Positions 45,965 through 62,077 of a stretch of DNA of 64,000 nucleotides are shown here, in pieces. The notes under the pieces were generated by a model. That model was not told the origin of the DNA. It was given only the letters and a program-made list of their open reading frames with translations, and ran no database searches. Both the position numbers and the translations under genes were made by a program. The stretch lies in sequence record MT586120.1; one strand, given 5' to 3'. Position 1 is the stretch's first letter, and the number at the start of each line of letters is the position of its first letter.

Positions 45965-46784
45965 AAACAAAGCAATCGGAAAACTACGAGGAATCCCTAG
46001 GATCTTCTACATAAATCTGGACGACCATACAGAACGTCGTCAGTATATGGAAGACCAGTTTGAATACTGGGGTATTCCTGAGGACAACTATACGAGAGTT
46101 CCTGCCCACGATGGTAGGGGTGATAATGATTTGGGTGATGTCCTAAAAGGTAAGTATCCAGAGCTAATGACTTCCAGTGAAGTTGGATGTACCGTATCAC
46201 ACTTAAAGGCACTTAAGTACTGGGTTGATAACTATCCAGAGGAAGAGTATCTTGTGGTTATGGAAGATGATTGTGACATTTCAACAGCTGGCTACTGGGG
46301 CTTTACATGGAATGATTTTGCGCGTAAAGTACCTTATCACTTTGATGTAATTCAACTTGCCGTCATCAATCCCATTGAGATTAATGTTAAGCTTCATCTG
46401 AGATTCGTCAATGACTTCTCAACTGCCTGCTATATTATCCGTAAGCATCACGCAGAGAAGTTAGTCAAACTTCATTGTCGTGGTGATAAGTATAAGCTTG
46501 ACCAGAACGTTAAGCCTCGTGCTGTTGCTGATGACTTAATCTACAACTCTGGTTTATCCTTTGCTATCCCCCTGTTCTTATATAAGATTGCTTTGGGTTC
46601 TAGCATCCATGATATTCACGTGAATACATTCCACAAAAGTAGTCATGATGGTCTATGGCAGTTCTGGAAAGAACAAGCACCAACCATCCCAGATTGGTCA
46701 CAGTTCTTTGAGTATGATCCATACTATGGGACACTTCCACCCAGCCTAGTTGCTAAACAAGCTATCGAAGACCATAATAAATAA
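45957..46784 (+). CDS. Glycosyltransferase, GT25-like
   Basis: YINLDDHTERR, EVGCTVSH and VMEDD motifs. Confidence 0.8.
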   Translation: MDKNKAIGKLRGIPRIFYINLDDHTERRQYMEDQFEYWGIPEDNYTRVPAHDGRGDNDLGDVLKGKYPELMTSSEVGCTVSHLKALKYWVDNYPEEEYLVVMEDDCDISTAGYWGFTWNDFARKVPYHFDVIQLAVINPIEINVKLHLRFVNDFSTACYIIRKHHAEKLVKLHCRGDKYKLDQNVKPRAVADDLIYNSGLSFAIPLFLYKIALGSSIHDIHVNTFHKSSHDGLWQFWKEQAPTIPDWSQFFEYDPYYGTLPPSLVAKQAIEDHNK

Positions 46785-46822
46785 GGTAGCAGGAACTAAA
46801 AAAATACACTCTTCTTTATATT

Positions 46823-51022
<4,200 letters not shown>

Positions 51023-51056
51023 ATAAGATATATCAAAGTACTGATACCATTACATC

Positions 51057-53240
51057 ATGGCAGCCTTTAATTTTCCAGCAAACCCAAGTGTAGGGGACCA
51101 AGTAACCAATGGAGGAGTTACTTATACTTGGGATGGTTACAAATGGAACACCACAACCGCACCATTTAGTGTAGGTGCTACTGGTGCTACGGGTCCATTG
51201 GGGTTTGGTATCTATGCCTTTTGTAGGACTACATCTACTGGTGTCTTACTTCCAAATTATGGTAGTGGTATTTTAGGTGTAAACAGAGTATCAACGGGTG
51301 TTTATAGATATACACTTTCTCAACCATATAATAGCGCGGATTATATGGCTCAGGTTTCATTAGTATCCTCGGGTAATATTAATCCATCCGATTGGAATGT
51401 TATTGTTGAAAATATTACACCAACAACATTTGATGTATTCACATATAGAGCAAACAATACTCCAATCAACCTAGAACACGCCGTTACTGTATATGGTGTA
51501 GATGGTCCTACAGGTACTGGTAGTGCCTATCAGTCTTGGTTGGAAGTTGGTAACTTTGGAACAGAACAGGATTTCATCAATTCACTACAAGGTCCTACAG
51601 GAGGATCTGGTGGGCAAGGCAGCACTGGTGCTACTGGTCCCATTGGTCCCAATGGAGCCACTGGTCCCCAAGGTTTGGATGGAACATCCGTTGCTCTAAA
51701 AGGTACGGTTGATGATGCTAGTGACCTACCATCAATCCCAGGTACTGTTGAGGGTGATTTGTATGTTGTTCTTAATACTGGTGGTGGTTTTAATGCTGGT
51801 GATGGTGCTGTAAAAAATGACCTAACCACAGGCACTCTGGCTGATTGGAGTAATGTAGGTCCTCTACAAGGTCCTCAAGGAAATATCGGTCCAATAGGCG
51901 CAACTGGTCCCATAGGTTCTACTGGTCCCCAAGGTATTCCTTCTACTGATGGTGGCTTCTTTGTTCTTTCAGGTGAGAGAAGCGGACCTCCCGCTCTTAA
52001 TCAATTCTTTGCGTGGGGTAATGGAGACAGTGCTGATAATGGAGTTCAAATCCAGGAAGGATGTTTCCTTGATTATGTTTCTATAACAGCAGAAAGACCA
52101 TTTGGAACTATTCCAGTTGAAGTTACTGCCTATGTAAATGGATCTGCTACTATAGTTAAAGCTATTGGTACCACTGGATCAAAAACATCAACATCATCTG
52201 GTAGCCCTGTTGAGATTTTCCCAGGAGATTATGTAAATATTAGATGTTCTCAAACTGGTAACAACTCAACTGCTGGCGGAACTGTTGGTGGTTGTGTGGG
52301 TTCACTACTATTCTCTACCGCAGGTGCGCGTGGTGCTACTGGAGAGCAAGGTCCTCCTGGTCCCCCTGATGGCGCTACTGGTGATACTGGTCCTGTAGGT
52401 CCTCTTGGTCCTGTTGGTCCTACTGGTCCTCTTGGTGCTACTGGTCCCGTTGGTCCTACTGGTATTGGTGCTCCTGGTCCTGATGGTCCCACTGGAGCTA
52501 CTGGTCCTAATGGTCCTGCTGGTCCCGTTGGTACTGTTGTGTTGGGTACTGTTGCTGATATTGCTAGCCTGCCCCCATCTGCTAATGTTGGTGAAGGTTT
52601 TGTAGTAACTGCCGAAGCTAATGATGTATATGTTTGGAATGGTTCTTCCTGGAATAGTATTGGACCAGTTCAAGGTCCCGAAGGTCCTGCTGGTCCTGCT
52701 GGTCCTCAAGGTGCTACTGGTATTAAAGAGCAGTCTTATATCAAGTCAACATTCCTAACCGAGTCAACTGTAAACTCATCAACAACATTCCAGTCATTCA
52801 ACATACTCAATGATTCTGCTATCCTTGAAGCAGGTGGATATAGATATGCCGCAGAGATACCTGGAAGACAAGGTATTGGTGCTGGTGGTATTATTGTCCC
52901 AGAAACTGGGATCTATATGATTACTGCCTCACTATACTTCACAACACCTAGTGTGCAGAGAGCTAGTATTGGATTGAGATTTGCTATCGCAGAACTAGCA
53001 GATCCAGAAAATACAAATGCCGAGGGAGTTGCTTTACCAGAAACAGGAGCTATGGGATACATTAGATCTGGTTCAGGTCATAATGAAGCATCAGTCACCC
53101 TTACAACTATCGCTAGCTTGGAAGTAATTCCTGGTGTTAGGGAAGATCAGGTTCAAATACAGTTGGCTAGATTGGCTTCGAGTGGTACTGTTAGTGTAGA
53201 AGCTAATCGTAGTATTATTACCATTACAAAAATTGCCTAA
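51057..53240 (+). CDS. Collagen-like fibre protein with C1q-like C-terminus
   Basis: FPANPSVGD...YTWDG N-terminus; GATGP repeats; GIYMITASL motif. Confidence 0.78.
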   Translation: MAAFNFPANPSVGDQVTNGGVTYTWDGYKWNTTTAPFSVGATGATGPLGFGIYAFCRTTSTGVLLPNYGSGILGVNRVSTGVYRYTLSQPYNSADYMAQVSLVSSGNINPSDWNVIVENITPTTFDVFTYRANNTPINLEHAVTVYGVDGPTGTGSAYQSWLEVGNFGTEQDFINSLQGPTGGSGGQGSTGATGPIGPNGATGPQGLDGTSVALKGTVDDASDLPSIPGTVEGDLYVVLNTGGGFNAGDGAVKNDLTTGTLADWSNVGPLQGPQGNIGPIGATGPIGSTGPQGIPSTDGGFFVLSGERSGPPALNQFFAWGNGDSADNGVQIQEGCFLDYVSITAERPFGTIPVEVTAYVNGSATIVKAIGTTGSKTSTSSGSPVEIFPGDYVNIRCSQTGNNSTAGGTVGGCVGSLLFSTAGARGATGEQGPPGPPDGATGDTGPVGPLGPVGPTGPLGATGPVGPTGIGAPGPDGPTGATGPNGPAGPVGTVVLGTVADIASLPPSANVGEGFVVTAEANDVYVWNGSSWNSIGPVQGPEGPAGPAGPQGATGIKEQSYIKSTFLTESTVNSSTTFQSFNILNDSAILEAGGYRYAAEIPGRQGIGAGGIIVPETGIYMITASLYFTTPSVQRASIGLRFAIAELADPENTNAEGVALPETGAMGYIRSGSGHNEASVTLTTIASLEVIPGVREDQVQIQLARLASSGTVSVEANRSIITITKIA

Positions 53241-53266
53241 ATATTTTATGAAGAATAAAGTATGAT

Positions 53267-53857
53267 ATGGCTATACAAATACACCGAGGGATATTGGGGT
53301 CACATTCTCCTTTGATTTTATTCACGGGAAGAGCATCAGATGGAACCACTTCCGCTAATGGGGCAAATAGAATAAATGGGATAAGCGTACAGTATAATAC
53401 TGATGATGCAGACTATGTTGATGTTATTGATGATAGTTTGACCACTTCAAACAATCATACAACATTTGATTTATATAAAGTTCATTATAGTGAATGGTTG
53501 GATATTGATGGTAATTCTTTTGGCTCTGCCGAGAATGTTGTTCAGTATATTGAGCAACAAATAACAGCATCCCAAGACCGGATATCATTTTCTCAAGCAA
53601 CAGCACACACACTTACTGGTATTCCAGAGACCGTCAGTGCTTCTGTTGGTGTTGCATTCACATATAATGCAAACTACTACAATGGCGTTTCATACTTCTG
53701 GGATGAGGAATCTTTCCCATCTGGTGTGGAAGTTTCTCGTTATGATCGGAGGAGGATTAGTGGTATCGTCACACAGACCGGTTCATATACAATCAACTTC
53801 CAAGTAGCAAATCACAATGGGACTATCCCAACTAGCGTGATTGTTGATGTAACCTAA
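53267..53857 (+). CDS. Hypothetical protein with Ig-like C-terminal domain
   Basis: FPSGV...ISGIVTQTGSYTINFQVANHNG resembles He_PIG-type Ig repeats. Confidence 0.55.
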   Translation: MAIQIHRGILGSHSPLILFTGRASDGTTSANGANRINGISVQYNTDDADYVDVIDDSLTTSNNHTTFDLYKVHYSEWLDIDGNSFGSAENVVQYIEQQITASQDRISFSQATAHTLTGIPETVSASVGVAFTYNANYYNGVSYFWDEESFPSGVEVSRYDRRRISGIVTQTGSYTINFQVANHNGTIPTSVIVDVT

Positions 53858-53900
53858 AAGATGTGCTATAATATCCAGGTACTTAACAAAAGATCATATT

Positions 53901-54017
53901 ATGTTCGGTTTTACTCCTGAAGCAGAAATCCTTAATGCTCGTCTAGCAATGCTAGGTTTCGTCATCGCAGTCGGAACCTACGCAACTACTGGTCAAATTA
54001 TCCCCGGCGTATTCTAG
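53901..54017 (+). CDS. hli: High-light inducible protein (not in ORF track)
   Basis: MFGFTPEAEILNARLAMLGFVIAVGTYATTGQIIPGVF; chlorophyll-binding ExxNxRxAM motif; TGCTATAAT upstream. Confidence 0.93.
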   Translation: MFGFTPEAEILNARLAMLGFVIAVGTYATTGQIIPGVF

Positions 54018-54050
54018 GATACAGTCTAAAAAAAACTAAATAGATATAAT

Positions 54051-54076
54051 AAGAGGGATGTATACCCTCTTTTTTT
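54051..54076 (+). terminator. Rho-independent terminator
   Basis: AAGAGGG-ATGTATA-CCCTCTT followed by a T-tract. Confidence 0.8.
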
Positions 54077-54183
54077 GTAGGGAAAAATAATGGTCTTATT
54101 GCTTTGCTTCTTACCCCTTATAATAATCTTTATATTAATGAAGTTTATTTTATTGGTAGAAGAGTCCCATAAAGAAATTACCT

Positions 54184-54390
54184 ATGTACGACAAGAACCA
54201 ACCAGAGAACGAACATTTTTGGAAAACGTCTATGAAGACCTTGATGGCGAGGAAGATTGTGATTGATATTGAGGAGAAACTCCCAGGTCTCCTTGATGAG
54301 TGGTACCGTGAGCACGGACTAGATACTCCACCGTGGAGACAAAATAAGCCATACTTTGATGATGATGGAAACATCATCAGACCTGATTAG
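54184..54390 (+). CDS. Hypothetical protein
   Basis: 68-aa ORF. Confidence 0.5.
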   Translation: MYDKNQPENEHFWKTSMKTLMARKIVIDIEEKLPGLLDEWYREHGLDTPPWRQNKPYFDDDGNIIRPD

Positions 54391-54426
54391 ATATAAATAT
54401 CTCTGAAGAGAAGATTATATCTTACA

Positions 54427-55980
54427 ATGTCTCAAATTATATTCCCGAGTAACCCATCAGTTGGTGAATTTTATAATGTGGGTGATGTTACATATAAGTG
54501 GGATGGATCTAAATGGATCTCTACCAGCGTAGCCCCAGTAAATATTGGAGCAACTGGACCATCTGGTCCTGCTGGACCTACTGGAGCTACAGGATCAACT
54601 GTTGTTGATGGTAGTGATATCTCTGCTGGTGTAGTGACCGCAACAGAATTTGACGGTAATCTCAGTGGAAATGTCGCTGGCGATACTACTGGTATCCATA
54701 ATGGGGATGTATATGCTAGAGATGGATCTAAAATTATATTAGAAACTGCTATTAATAATGGTGATACAGCACACTATACAGGCACAGTAACTGGCGACGT
54801 AACTGGAGATACAACAGGAACACATTACGGAACCAATACCGGTCAGCAGCACGGAGATGTGTACACCAATGACGGTGGTCAGCAAGTCATAGATACTGCT
54901 GCTATTCCATCTCCCCTATTCAAAGGTGATGCGGAAGGTTTAGATGGTGACCCAAATATACAAGTAACTAACCTAACAGTAGTTGGCTTAACTAATGTTG
55001 GCGTTGTAACTGCTGCCGAAATAACTACAGATGATCTTAATGCTGATAGTGTAATTGCTGGGTTTGTTACATCAGTAAACTCATATACTAGTGGAATCGC
55101 TACTGCTGGAAAGTTTTATGGTGATGGTTCAAACCTAACTGGAATAGCAACACAGTCTGGTGCTACTGGAGCCACTGGTCCCCAAGGTTCTCAAGGTGCT
55201 ACTGGTATTCCTGGTCCTTTTGGTCCATATGGAATCACAGGAGCTACTGGTGCAACTGGTGTTGATGGTCCTGTTGGTTCTACTGGAGCCACAGGTGATC
55301 CTGGTTTAGCTGCTATGTGCTTCACATATAGGTATGATAGTGATACTGATACTAACGATGAGCCATTGAGTGGTCGCATCAGCTTCAACAATTCAAACCC
55401 AGAAAATGCAACTGTTATTGCGATCAATGATACTAATGGAGATGCTGTTGATATCTCAAACTTCTTTGGTCTATTTGGTGCTGGATCTAAAGTTTATATT
55501 CAAGAGGAGAGAGATGCTAGTAGCTTTATTCTTCTCACACTAAACGCAGGAGCTTCTGATCAAGGTGGTTGGTATAAGTTCACCAACTTTACAGTCAACA
55601 TATCTGGTAATGTTACCTTTACTAACCTCAATAAGTTGATGGTTTGTGTTCAGCCACAAGGTCCAGCTGGTCCAACGGGCGCAACGGGTCTTACTGGAGC
55701 TGGAACTTCGGCAACATCATTCCAGTGGAACGATCATATCATCCCAGATTCAACGGAGTCTTATGATATAGGTTCAGCAGAATATAAAGTTCGCCACCTA
55801 TTTTTAAGTGATAACTCTGTTTATACTGATAGTGGGGAGGTTAGAGTTGGCTTCTCAACCCAAGTTGGAACATCAACCAAGATGCTAAAAGGAACAAAAC
55901 TACAAGAGATTGTGGCTAATTCTGTTGACTTCGCAGACTTTAAAGTTAAGATGGCTTCGGAGGATTTTGGTTCCTTATGA
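54427..55980 (+). CDS. Fibre-like structural protein with short collagen segments
   Basis: FPSNPSVGE...YKWDG N-terminus; GATG repeats; [14 protein letters not shown] motif; late promoter at 54392. Confidence 0.7.
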   Translation: MSQIIFPSNPSVGEFYNVGDVTYKWDGSKWISTSVAPVNIGATGPSGPAGPTGATGSTVVDGSDISAGVVTATEFDGNLSGNVAGDTTGIHNGDVYARDGSKIILETAINNGDTAHYTGTVTGDVTGDTTGTHYGTNTGQQHGDVYTNDGGQQVIDTAAIPSPLFKGDAEGLDGDPNIQVTNLTVVGLTNVGVVTAAEITTDDLNADSVIAGFVTSVNSYTSGIATAGKFYGDGSNLTGIATQSGATGATGPQGSQGATGIPGPFGPYGITGATGATGVDGPVGSTGATGDPGLAAMCFTYRYDSDTDTNDEPLSGRISFNNSNPENATVIAINDTNGDAVDISNFFGLFGAGSKVYIQEERDASSFILLTLNAGASDQGGWYKFTNFTVNISGNVTFTNLNKLMVCVQPQGPAGPTGATGLTGAGTSATSFQWNDHIIPDSTESYDIGSAEYKVRHLFLSDNSVYTDSGEVRVGFSTQVGTSTKMLKGTKLQEIVANSVDFADFKVKMASEDFGSL

Positions 55981-56024
55981 ATGGAGTATAAATAACCTTA
56001 GGGAATCCATAGTATTATTACAAG

Positions 56025-59000
56025 ATGGCTTACAAGATTAATGGCGTCATTCGCTTAGCAGATAACGGAGACGCAAATTTAGGTTTAGTAACCGCAACCA
56101 ATATTAACTCCACTGGTGTAGCCACGGCTACGGAGTTTGATGGTAAGGTATCAAAGAAGGCTATAACCGAGCAGACCGAAGGTGATGATTCTAATGTTAC
56201 TGGTGCCGATGAACTTCTAATTTATGATCAACAGACCGATTCCCTATTAAGAGTGTCTGTTGATGATTTTATTAGTGCGTCTGGTATTGGTACTTTAGTT
56301 AATGATTTTAATCATATTGATAGTGACTCACTAGTCGTAACTGGACTATCAACTATTGGTGGAGTTGAGATTGGTGCTGGTATTATTACAGCATCTGCAG
56401 GGGTTGGAGTTGTAACATTCTATGGTGATGGTAGTAATTTAGAAGGAGTTATTACTACACCTTCCATTGTTTCTACCACAGAGCCAACCACTAGACCCAA
56501 TGGTGATGACCTAGAACAGGGTGACCTATGGTTCTCTAGTGCTGCTGGCGAAGGGCAATTAAGACAATATACTTATTATAATGGTGCTTGGATTGATTCC
56601 AACCCAATGAATGGTGGTACTTCTGTATATGCTGCAGTAGCTGGTGTATCTACTAATGTAAATGGAACTGGAATTGTAACTGCTAGCCAAGGTAATTTTA
56701 GTGGTATTGTAACTGCAGGTTCTTTTATTGGCGATGGGTCAGGTCTAACTGGTTTAGGTGATTTGACTGGAGCCACTGGTGCAACTGGTGCAGATTCAAT
56801 TGTTCCAGGTCCCCAAGGTTCTACTGGTGCTACTGGTCCTAAAGGTGATCAAGGTGATGCAGTAATTGGAGCCACTGGATCCACTGGTCCCCAAGGAGAT
56901 ATTGGTGCTTCTGGTGCTACTGGTCCTAAAGGAGACCAAGGTGATGCCGTAATTGGTGCTACTGGCGCTACTGGTGACCAAGGTGATGAGGGTCCTGTAG
57001 GAGCTTCTGGTGCTACTGGTCCCAAAGGTGACCAAGGTGATGCAATTATTGGTGCTACTGGCGCTACTGGTGACCAAGGTGATGAGGGTCCTGTAGGAGC
57101 TTCTGGTGCTACTGGTCCCAAAGGTGACCAAGGTGATGCAGTAATCGGTGCTACCGGTCCTCAAGGTGATATTGGTGCCTCTGGTGCAACTGGTCCTCAA
57201 GGTGATATTGGTGCCTCTGGTGCTACTGGTCCTAAAGGAGACCCAGGTTCTGCTGGGGTTTCTGCTACATTAACAGCAGGTACATATCTATCCGGTGATT
57301 CATATAACGGCAGCACTAGTAGAACTTGGACAGTAGATGCTACTTCATCAAATACTGCGTCTAAAGTTGTTGCTAGAGATGCTAGTGGTAATTCTAGTTT
57401 TAAGAAAATAACAGTAGATACTGATTCCGATACTGATGGACAGGTAGCTGCACATTTCTATGGTGCGAATGGGTCTACGAATCGCGGTCTTGAAGTACGC
57501 CTTTCTTCGGCGGGTTCTATAGATAATGCTAAGGTTATTTTAGATGCCAAACAAGCTGCAGATGGTGAACTTTGGATTGCTACTAGGGGTGTAGAAAGAG
57601 CTGCATTTGATAGTGGATCTTTTAAAATGGGTGCGAATGTTGGCACTTCGCCAGAAGTTCTGATTAATAGCTCTGGTGATGCCACCTTCGCTGGCGATAT
57701 CACCGCAGCTAGTTTTAGTGGTGATGGTTCTGGTCTAACCAACCTACCTGGTGGTGGTAGTCCCGGAGATCCTTCTGCTGCTTCTGCTGATAAACTAACA
57801 ACATCTAGAACCTTATGGGGTCAAAGCTTTGATGGTACTGCTAATGTATCAGGTAATCTTACTGGTGTGACCAATATTACCTTATCAGGTACTGTTGATG
57901 GTCGTAATGTATTGGATGATGGTCAAGCTGGTGATAACCTAATAACATTAAGTGGTGTTGCTCGCGATGCTACTAATCTAGGAACCTTCACAGGCGCTAC
58001 TATTTCTGATAATGACACCATTAAAGGAGCTTTACAAGACCTAGAGACCGCATTGGAATCAACTCCAGGCTCTCCCAGCGGTCCTACTGGTGGTGAGGCA
58101 GATAGTCTATTGCTAGCAGCACGTAATAGTACCAATGCAACTCACTATCTAACATTCGCAACCGCACGGACTGGACAGCAGTCTCAATATACTGATACTG
58201 GATTAACATATAACCCAAGCACAAATACTCTTAGTGCAACATTTAGTGGTAATGGTTCTAGTCTAACTTCACTCAATGCATCTAATCTTGGTTCTGGAAC
58301 CATTCCCAACGATAGATTCCCTGCTGTATTACCAACAGTTAGTGGAGAAAATCTAACTAACTTACCTGGTAGTGGATCCCCAGGCGCTCCTGGTGCCGCT
58401 ACGATTGCAGTAACTGACGAATCATCTGACACAGAAAACTTCCTAGTATTCACTAATGATGCTGTAGGTAATGAGCTTCCAAAGACTGGAAGTAATTTAA
58501 CATTTAATGCATCTACAGGACGGCTAACAGCCACTAGCTTTAGTGGTAATGGTTCTAGTCTAACTTCACTCAATGCATCTAATCTTAGTTCTGGAACCAT
58601 TCCCAACGATAGATTCCCTGCTATATTACCAGTAGCTGATGGTTCTAACTTAACTAACATTAGTCGTTCTGACGTATCAACTAGTGTACAAGTAATTACA
58701 AATAATACTGCTAACGAAACTGTATTTATTACCTTTTCTGACGGTCAATCAGGAACCCAAAGAATAGAAACTGATGTCGATCTTACTTACAATCCTTCGA
58801 CAAATACTCTCAGTGCAACATTCTCTGGTAATGGTTCTAATCTAACTAACCTAACTTCAGGTAACCTAGTGGGTGCTTTGCCTGCTATTGATGGTTCTTC
58901 TCTTACTGGAATTAATGCAGCAAAGGATGGTATATTCTACGAAAACGGCACAAATGTTACGCAGAATTATACAATCACTTCAGGCAAAAATGCTATGAGT

Positions 59001-59072
59001 GCTGGTCCAATCACTATTAATACCGGAGTAACCGTAACAGTTCCTACTGGATCTGAGTGGACAGTTGTGTAA
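56025..59072 (+). CDS. Tail-fibre-like protein with collagen tract and repeated fibre modules
   Basis: GATG repeats; 96-nt tandem units at 56955 and 57051; F.GNGS.LT.L repeats; C-terminal [28 protein letters not shown]. Confidence 0.78.
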   Translation: MAYKINGVIRLADNGDANLGLVTATNINSTGVATATEFDGKVSKKAITEQTEGDDSNVTGADELLIYDQQTDSLLRVSVDDFISASGIGTLVNDFNHIDSDSLVVTGLSTIGGVEIGAGIITASAGVGVVTFYGDGSNLEGVITTPSIVSTTEPTTRPNGDDLEQGDLWFSSAAGEGQLRQYTYYNGAWIDSNPMNGGTSVYAAVAGVSTNVNGTGIVTASQGNFSGIVTAGSFIGDGSGLTGLGDLTGATGATGADSIVPGPQGSTGATGPKGDQGDAVIGATGSTGPQGDIGASGATGPKGDQGDAVIGATGATGDQGDEGPVGASGATGPKGDQGDAIIGATGATGDQGDEGPVGASGATGPKGDQGDAVIGATGPQGDIGASGATGPQGDIGASGATGPKGDPGSAGVSATLTAGTYLSGDSYNGSTSRTWTVDATSSNTASKVVARDASGNSSFKKITVDTDSDTDGQVAAHFYGANGSTNRGLEVRLSSAGSIDNAKVILDAKQAADGELWIATRGVERAAFDSGSFKMGANVGTSPEVLINSSGDATFAGDITAASFSGDGSGLTNLPGGGSPGDPSAASADKLTTSRTLWGQSFDGTANVSGNLTGVTNITLSGTVDGRNVLDDGQAGDNLITLSGVARDATNLGTFTGATISDNDTIKGALQDLETALESTPGSPSGPTGGEADSLLLAARNSTNATHYLTFATARTGQQSQYTDTGLTYNPSTNTLSATFSGNGSSLTSLNASNLGSGTIPNDRFPAVLPTVSGENLTNLPGSGSPGAPGAATIAVTDESSDTENFLVFTNDAVGNELPKTGSNLTFNASTGRLTATSFSGNGSSLTSLNASNLSSGTIPNDRFPAILPVADGSNLTNISRSDVSTSVQVITNNTANETVFITFSDGQSGTQRIETDVDLTYNPSTNTLSATFSGNGSNLTNLTSGNLVGALPAIDGSSLTGINAAKDGIFYENGTNVTQNYTITSGKNAMSAGPITINTGVTVTVPTGSEWTVV
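58242..58622 (+). repeat. 84-nt direct repeat (58242-58325 and 58539-58622, one mismatch)
   Basis: Both copies encode [16 protein letters not shown](G/S)[11 protein letters not shown]. Confidence 0.9.
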
Positions 59073-59117
59073 TTTATGATATACTATATACTTTATAATT
59101 GAAGTATAATCATTACA

Positions 59118-59291
59118 ATGAACAAGGACAGACGATTTTTCGTCGAAATACAAGAAGACGTTGCCTCTGGTGACCTTATTGTTAGTATTCCCCCAGAAAT
59201 CCTCAACGAGTATTGCTGGTATGAGGGTGCTGAGTTAGAATGGGCACTGGAGGGTGACGAAGTGATCCTCCGCGAATCAACTAATGACTGA
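59118..59291 (+). CDS. AbrB/MazE-like small DNA-binding protein (not in ORF track)
   Basis: GDLIVSIPPEILNEYCWYEGAELEWALEGDEVIL swapped-hairpin pattern. Confidence 0.6.
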   Translation: MNKDRRFFVEIQEDVASGDLIVSIPPEILNEYCWYEGAELEWALEGDEVILRESTND

Positions 59292-59469
59292 TACAATCTA
59301 TCACATTTACATGAACAACACTTGTATTCGGGCTTGCCTAAGTGAGTCTGAATTCAAAAAGGAAATGGTCGGCATCAAAACATATTTGGAGTTGACCAAT
59401 CACAGTAAAGATGCTACACTTGAATACGTAGAGTGCGAAGCGCCTACTTATACAGATGCTTCGTACTAA
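59284..59469 (+). CDS. Hypothetical protein
   Basis: 61-aa ORF overlapping the upstream stop. Confidence 0.6.
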   Translation: MTDTIYHIYMNNTCIRACLSESEFKKEMVGIKTYLELTNHSKDATLEYVECEAPTYTDASY

Positions 59470-59515
59470 CTACAGTACTAGTATTAATTGAAACGTTTCA
59501 TTATTATCGAATATT

Positions 59516-60283
59516 ATGGCTAAAGGATTTACCGTCAAAGCAAAAGAACCACCCAAGGGTAAGGTTGCTGATCAAGTTGAAGAGTGGGATTATGCAAAGG
59601 CAAAGGAGATGCTCAGAGGTAAGAGCATTGTTTTCTGCCTCCCTGGTCGTGGCGTAAGCTATACCTACCTAAAGAACTTTGTTCAAATGTGTTTTGACCT
59701 AGTTCAAATGGGAGCATCTATTCAGATCTCTCAAGACTACAGTTCAATGGTCAACTTTGCACGTTGTAAGTGTCTTGGTGCTAACGTTCTACGTGGACCC
59801 GACCAGATTCCCTGGGACGGTAAGCTTAAGTATGACTACCAGCTCTGGATTGATAGCGACATCGTATTCAACACCCAGAAGCTACTCCAACTCGTTCTTA
59901 TGGACAAGGACATTGCTACTGGTTGGTACTCTACTGAAGATGGTCGCACCACTTCCGTAGCTCACTGGCTAGAAGAAGATGACTTCGCCAAGAACGGTGG
60001 TGTTATGAACCACGAAATGGTTGAAGGAATCTCCAAGCGTAAGAAGCCTTTCACTGTTGACTATGCTGGCTTCGGTTGGATCCTACTTAAGAACGGTGTG
60101 TTTGAGCACCCCGAGATGAAGTACCCCTGGTTCGCTCCCAAGATGCAAGTCTTTGATTCAGGCGCTGTACAAGATATGTGTGGTGAAGATGTTAGCTTCT
60201 GCCTAGATGCTATCGCTGCTGGCTTTGAGATCTGGTGTGATCCTCGCATCCGCGTAGGACACGAAAAGACCCGAGTCATCTGA
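59516..60283 (+). CDS. Conserved cyanophage glycosyltransferase-like protein (GT-A fold)
   Basis: LWIDSDIVF, GEDVSFC and CDPRIRVGH motifs. Confidence 0.75.
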   Translation: MAKGFTVKAKEPPKGKVADQVEEWDYAKAKEMLRGKSIVFCLPGRGVSYTYLKNFVQMCFDLVQMGASIQISQDYSSMVNFARCKCLGANVLRGPDQIPWDGKLKYDYQLWIDSDIVFNTQKLLQLVLMDKDIATGWYSTEDGRTTSVAHWLEEDDFAKNGGVMNHEMVEGISKRKKPFTVDYAGFGWILLKNGVFEHPEMKYPWFAPKMQVFDSGAVQDMCGEDVSFCLDAIAAGFEIWCDPRIRVGHEKTRVI

Positions 60284-60301
60284 TCACTTTATAAACTGTC
60301 C

Positions 60302-60328
60302 ACCACCTCCTACGGGGGGTGGTTTTTT
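60302..60328 (+). terminator. Rho-independent terminator
   Basis: ACCACCTCC-TAC-GGGGGGTGGT followed by a T-tract. Confidence 0.85.
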
Positions 60329-60360
60329 AATGTATAATAACTCTGTTCGAGTAAATTCCT

Positions 60361-60570
60361 ATGTCTAAAGGCATCACAAATCTATTAGTTCAAGTAGATC
60401 ATTCCGATGGTCATAAATATACCTTCACAAAAGATTTTCATGGCATCAAAATTAAATATACGTCTGATCTAATTTCTGAAGATTTGCCCCGAGAGGTATT
60501 CATCCCAGATAATTCTGTATCAGCTATTATTCATGCTTTGAGCCTCATCTCTCAAAATCCAGAATACTGA
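60361..60570 (+). CDS. Hypothetical protein
   Basis: TATAAT -10 box upstream. Confidence 0.55.
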   Translation: MSKGITNLLVQVDHSDGHKYTFTKDFHGIKIKYTSDLISEDLPREVFIPDNSVSAIIHALSLISQNPEY

Positions 60571-60578
60571 AAAATATT

Positions 60579-61073
60579 ATGTATACACACAACGAACATC
60601 CTGGGTTCTACGATAAGTGGTTTAAGATTTGGTCTGACTGCACCCCAGAAGTACTAGACGCCACTGCTATTATCCGTGTAATGGAATGCACTAATGGTTG
60701 CGTTCAGTATGGTTTTCGTGGAGAAAGCCCCAACGCACTATCGGTAGAACAGACCCGTGAGTGTATGAAGGTCTCTATGGGGGCTATAAAGAGCAAGAAG
60801 CTGCCTCTACCAACAGGGGAGGTAATCTATATGCCCGAAGAAGCAATCCCCCTTATGAACGAAGCTAGGGACCTCTACCAGAAAATGAAGGCAAGAGACA
60901 TTGATGCTTATGATGAGTTCTTTGCTCTATCCACAGCACACTTCCATGTCCTAGGCAAGAAGATTATTGACGAGAAGTTTGCATTCTTAACAGAACATTT
61001 TGGTGATGTCTTCACTGAGTATTGGATTGATAGGGGTAGGGAGTATATCTATGATGCTCTAAGTCCAGCCTAA
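60579..61073 (+). CDS. Hypothetical protein
   Basis: 164-aa ORF with the phage codon style. Confidence 0.65.
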   Translation: MYTHNEHPGFYDKWFKIWSDCTPEVLDATAIIRVMECTNGCVQYGFRGESPNALSVEQTRECMKVSMGAIKSKKLPLPTGEVIYMPEEAIPLMNEARDLYQKMKARDIDAYDEFFALSTAHFHVLGKKIIDEKFAFLTEHFGDVFTEYWIDRGREYIYDALSPA

Positions 61074-61097
61074 ATAACTATAACAGCCTGTATCATC

Positions 61098-61277
61098 ATG
61101 TCTGAATCTGCCTCACGTGTTTATGATGCCGTTACTCAGGCTGGTATGAGTATCACTCCCGAAGCCATTGCTGCTGCTATTAGGTGTGCCGCAATGGAAT
61201 GTCGGGATGATCAAGGCAACATTAGCCTAGCTAAGATGTACGAATTAACCTGTGAATTAGAAACTATTTTATTATGA
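61098..61277 (+). CDS. Hypothetical 59-aa protein (not in ORF track)
   Basis: MSESASRVYDAVTQAG...; stop overlaps the next ATG. Confidence 0.5.
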   Translation: MSESASRVYDAVTQAGMSITPEAIAAAIRCAAMECRDDQGNISLAKMYELTCELETILL

Positions 61278-61534
61278 ATCCAATTTATTATCTCGATGCC
61301 GTACTTGTTATCATTGTAGTTATTGCTATTATGGATGCTAATGTGGCTCCTTGGTTAGGGCTACAGTTTAAGGTATTGACTGTGGAATTACGTAGGCAGT
61401 GGCTTCTTCTTAAGATGAAGCCCGATCTATGGCTAATGAAGTGGAGAATGAAAAGAGTTCTTAAGAAACTACAGCAGGATGCAGAGCTTCAGGCTATAAT
61501 CAAAGAACATTATGAACAAGAGAAAAAAGAATGA
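61274..61534 (+). CDS. Hypothetical membrane-anchored protein
   Basis: N-terminal AVLVIIVVIAIM segment. Confidence 0.6.
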   Translation: MNPIYYLDAVLVIIVVIAIMDANVAPWLGLQFKVLTVELRRQWLLLKMKPDLWLMKWRMKRVLKKLQQDAELQAIIKEHYEQEKKE

Positions 61535-61710
61535 TACTTTTAGCGGCAGCAGCCACAACAATGCTCACTTGTGCCCAAGTGCAGCACGTTGAGAAGGGTG
61601 TTTTAGTACACCCTCTCCTCACATACACCCAAAGAGCAGAGATTATATTAGAGCTTGATATCGCAACAAACGAAGAATGTGATTTGGGTTATAACAATGG
61701 GGATGTTTGA
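61531..61710 (+). CDS. Hypothetical 59-aa protein (not in ORF track)
   Basis: ATGA-coupled; MILLAAAATTMLTCAQV. Confidence 0.45.
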   Translation: MILLAAAATTMLTCAQVQHVEKGVLVHPLLTYTQRAEIILELDIATNEECDLGYNNGDV

Positions 61711-62053
61711 TGAGGTAAAATGCTCTGCCCCCATTGGAGAGCTTACTAATGTCTTAACACAGACAAAGGATATATCAGATGATTACTGGGAGGGGGGCAC
61801 AATGTCCTTCTACTGGATTGACCCATCTGGTCATATGTGGGCAACCGATTACTCTGGTACATATGATTTTGTCTTTGATGGGACAAGATATACTACAGTA
61901 AGAACTAAAAATAGGGGTAAATTATTTCCAATGAGCATCACTCGAAGTATAGAAATATACAATTGTAAGATGCAAGCCGATGGGTATGTTGATACTACGC
62001 TGTGTGAGCTTAGGATATGCGAAGGGAAGCTAATAAATTACAAGTATAAATAA
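61697..62053 (+). CDS. Hypothetical protein
   Basis: MGMFDEVKCS...YWIDPSG. Confidence 0.6.
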   Translation: MGMFDEVKCSAPIGELTNVLTQTKDISDDYWEGGTMSFYWIDPSGHMWATDYSGTYDFVFDGTRYTTVRTKNRGKLFPMSITRSIEIYNCKMQADGYVDTTLCELRICEGKLINYKYK

Positions 62054-62077
62054 ACCATACGGATTTATTTTGTTACG

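Noticed and set aside
58242-58622. Diversity-generating retroelement template/variable repeat pair in a fibre gene
   Set aside because: The copies differ at only one base, both are in frame within one ORF, and there is no reverse transcriptase in the window.
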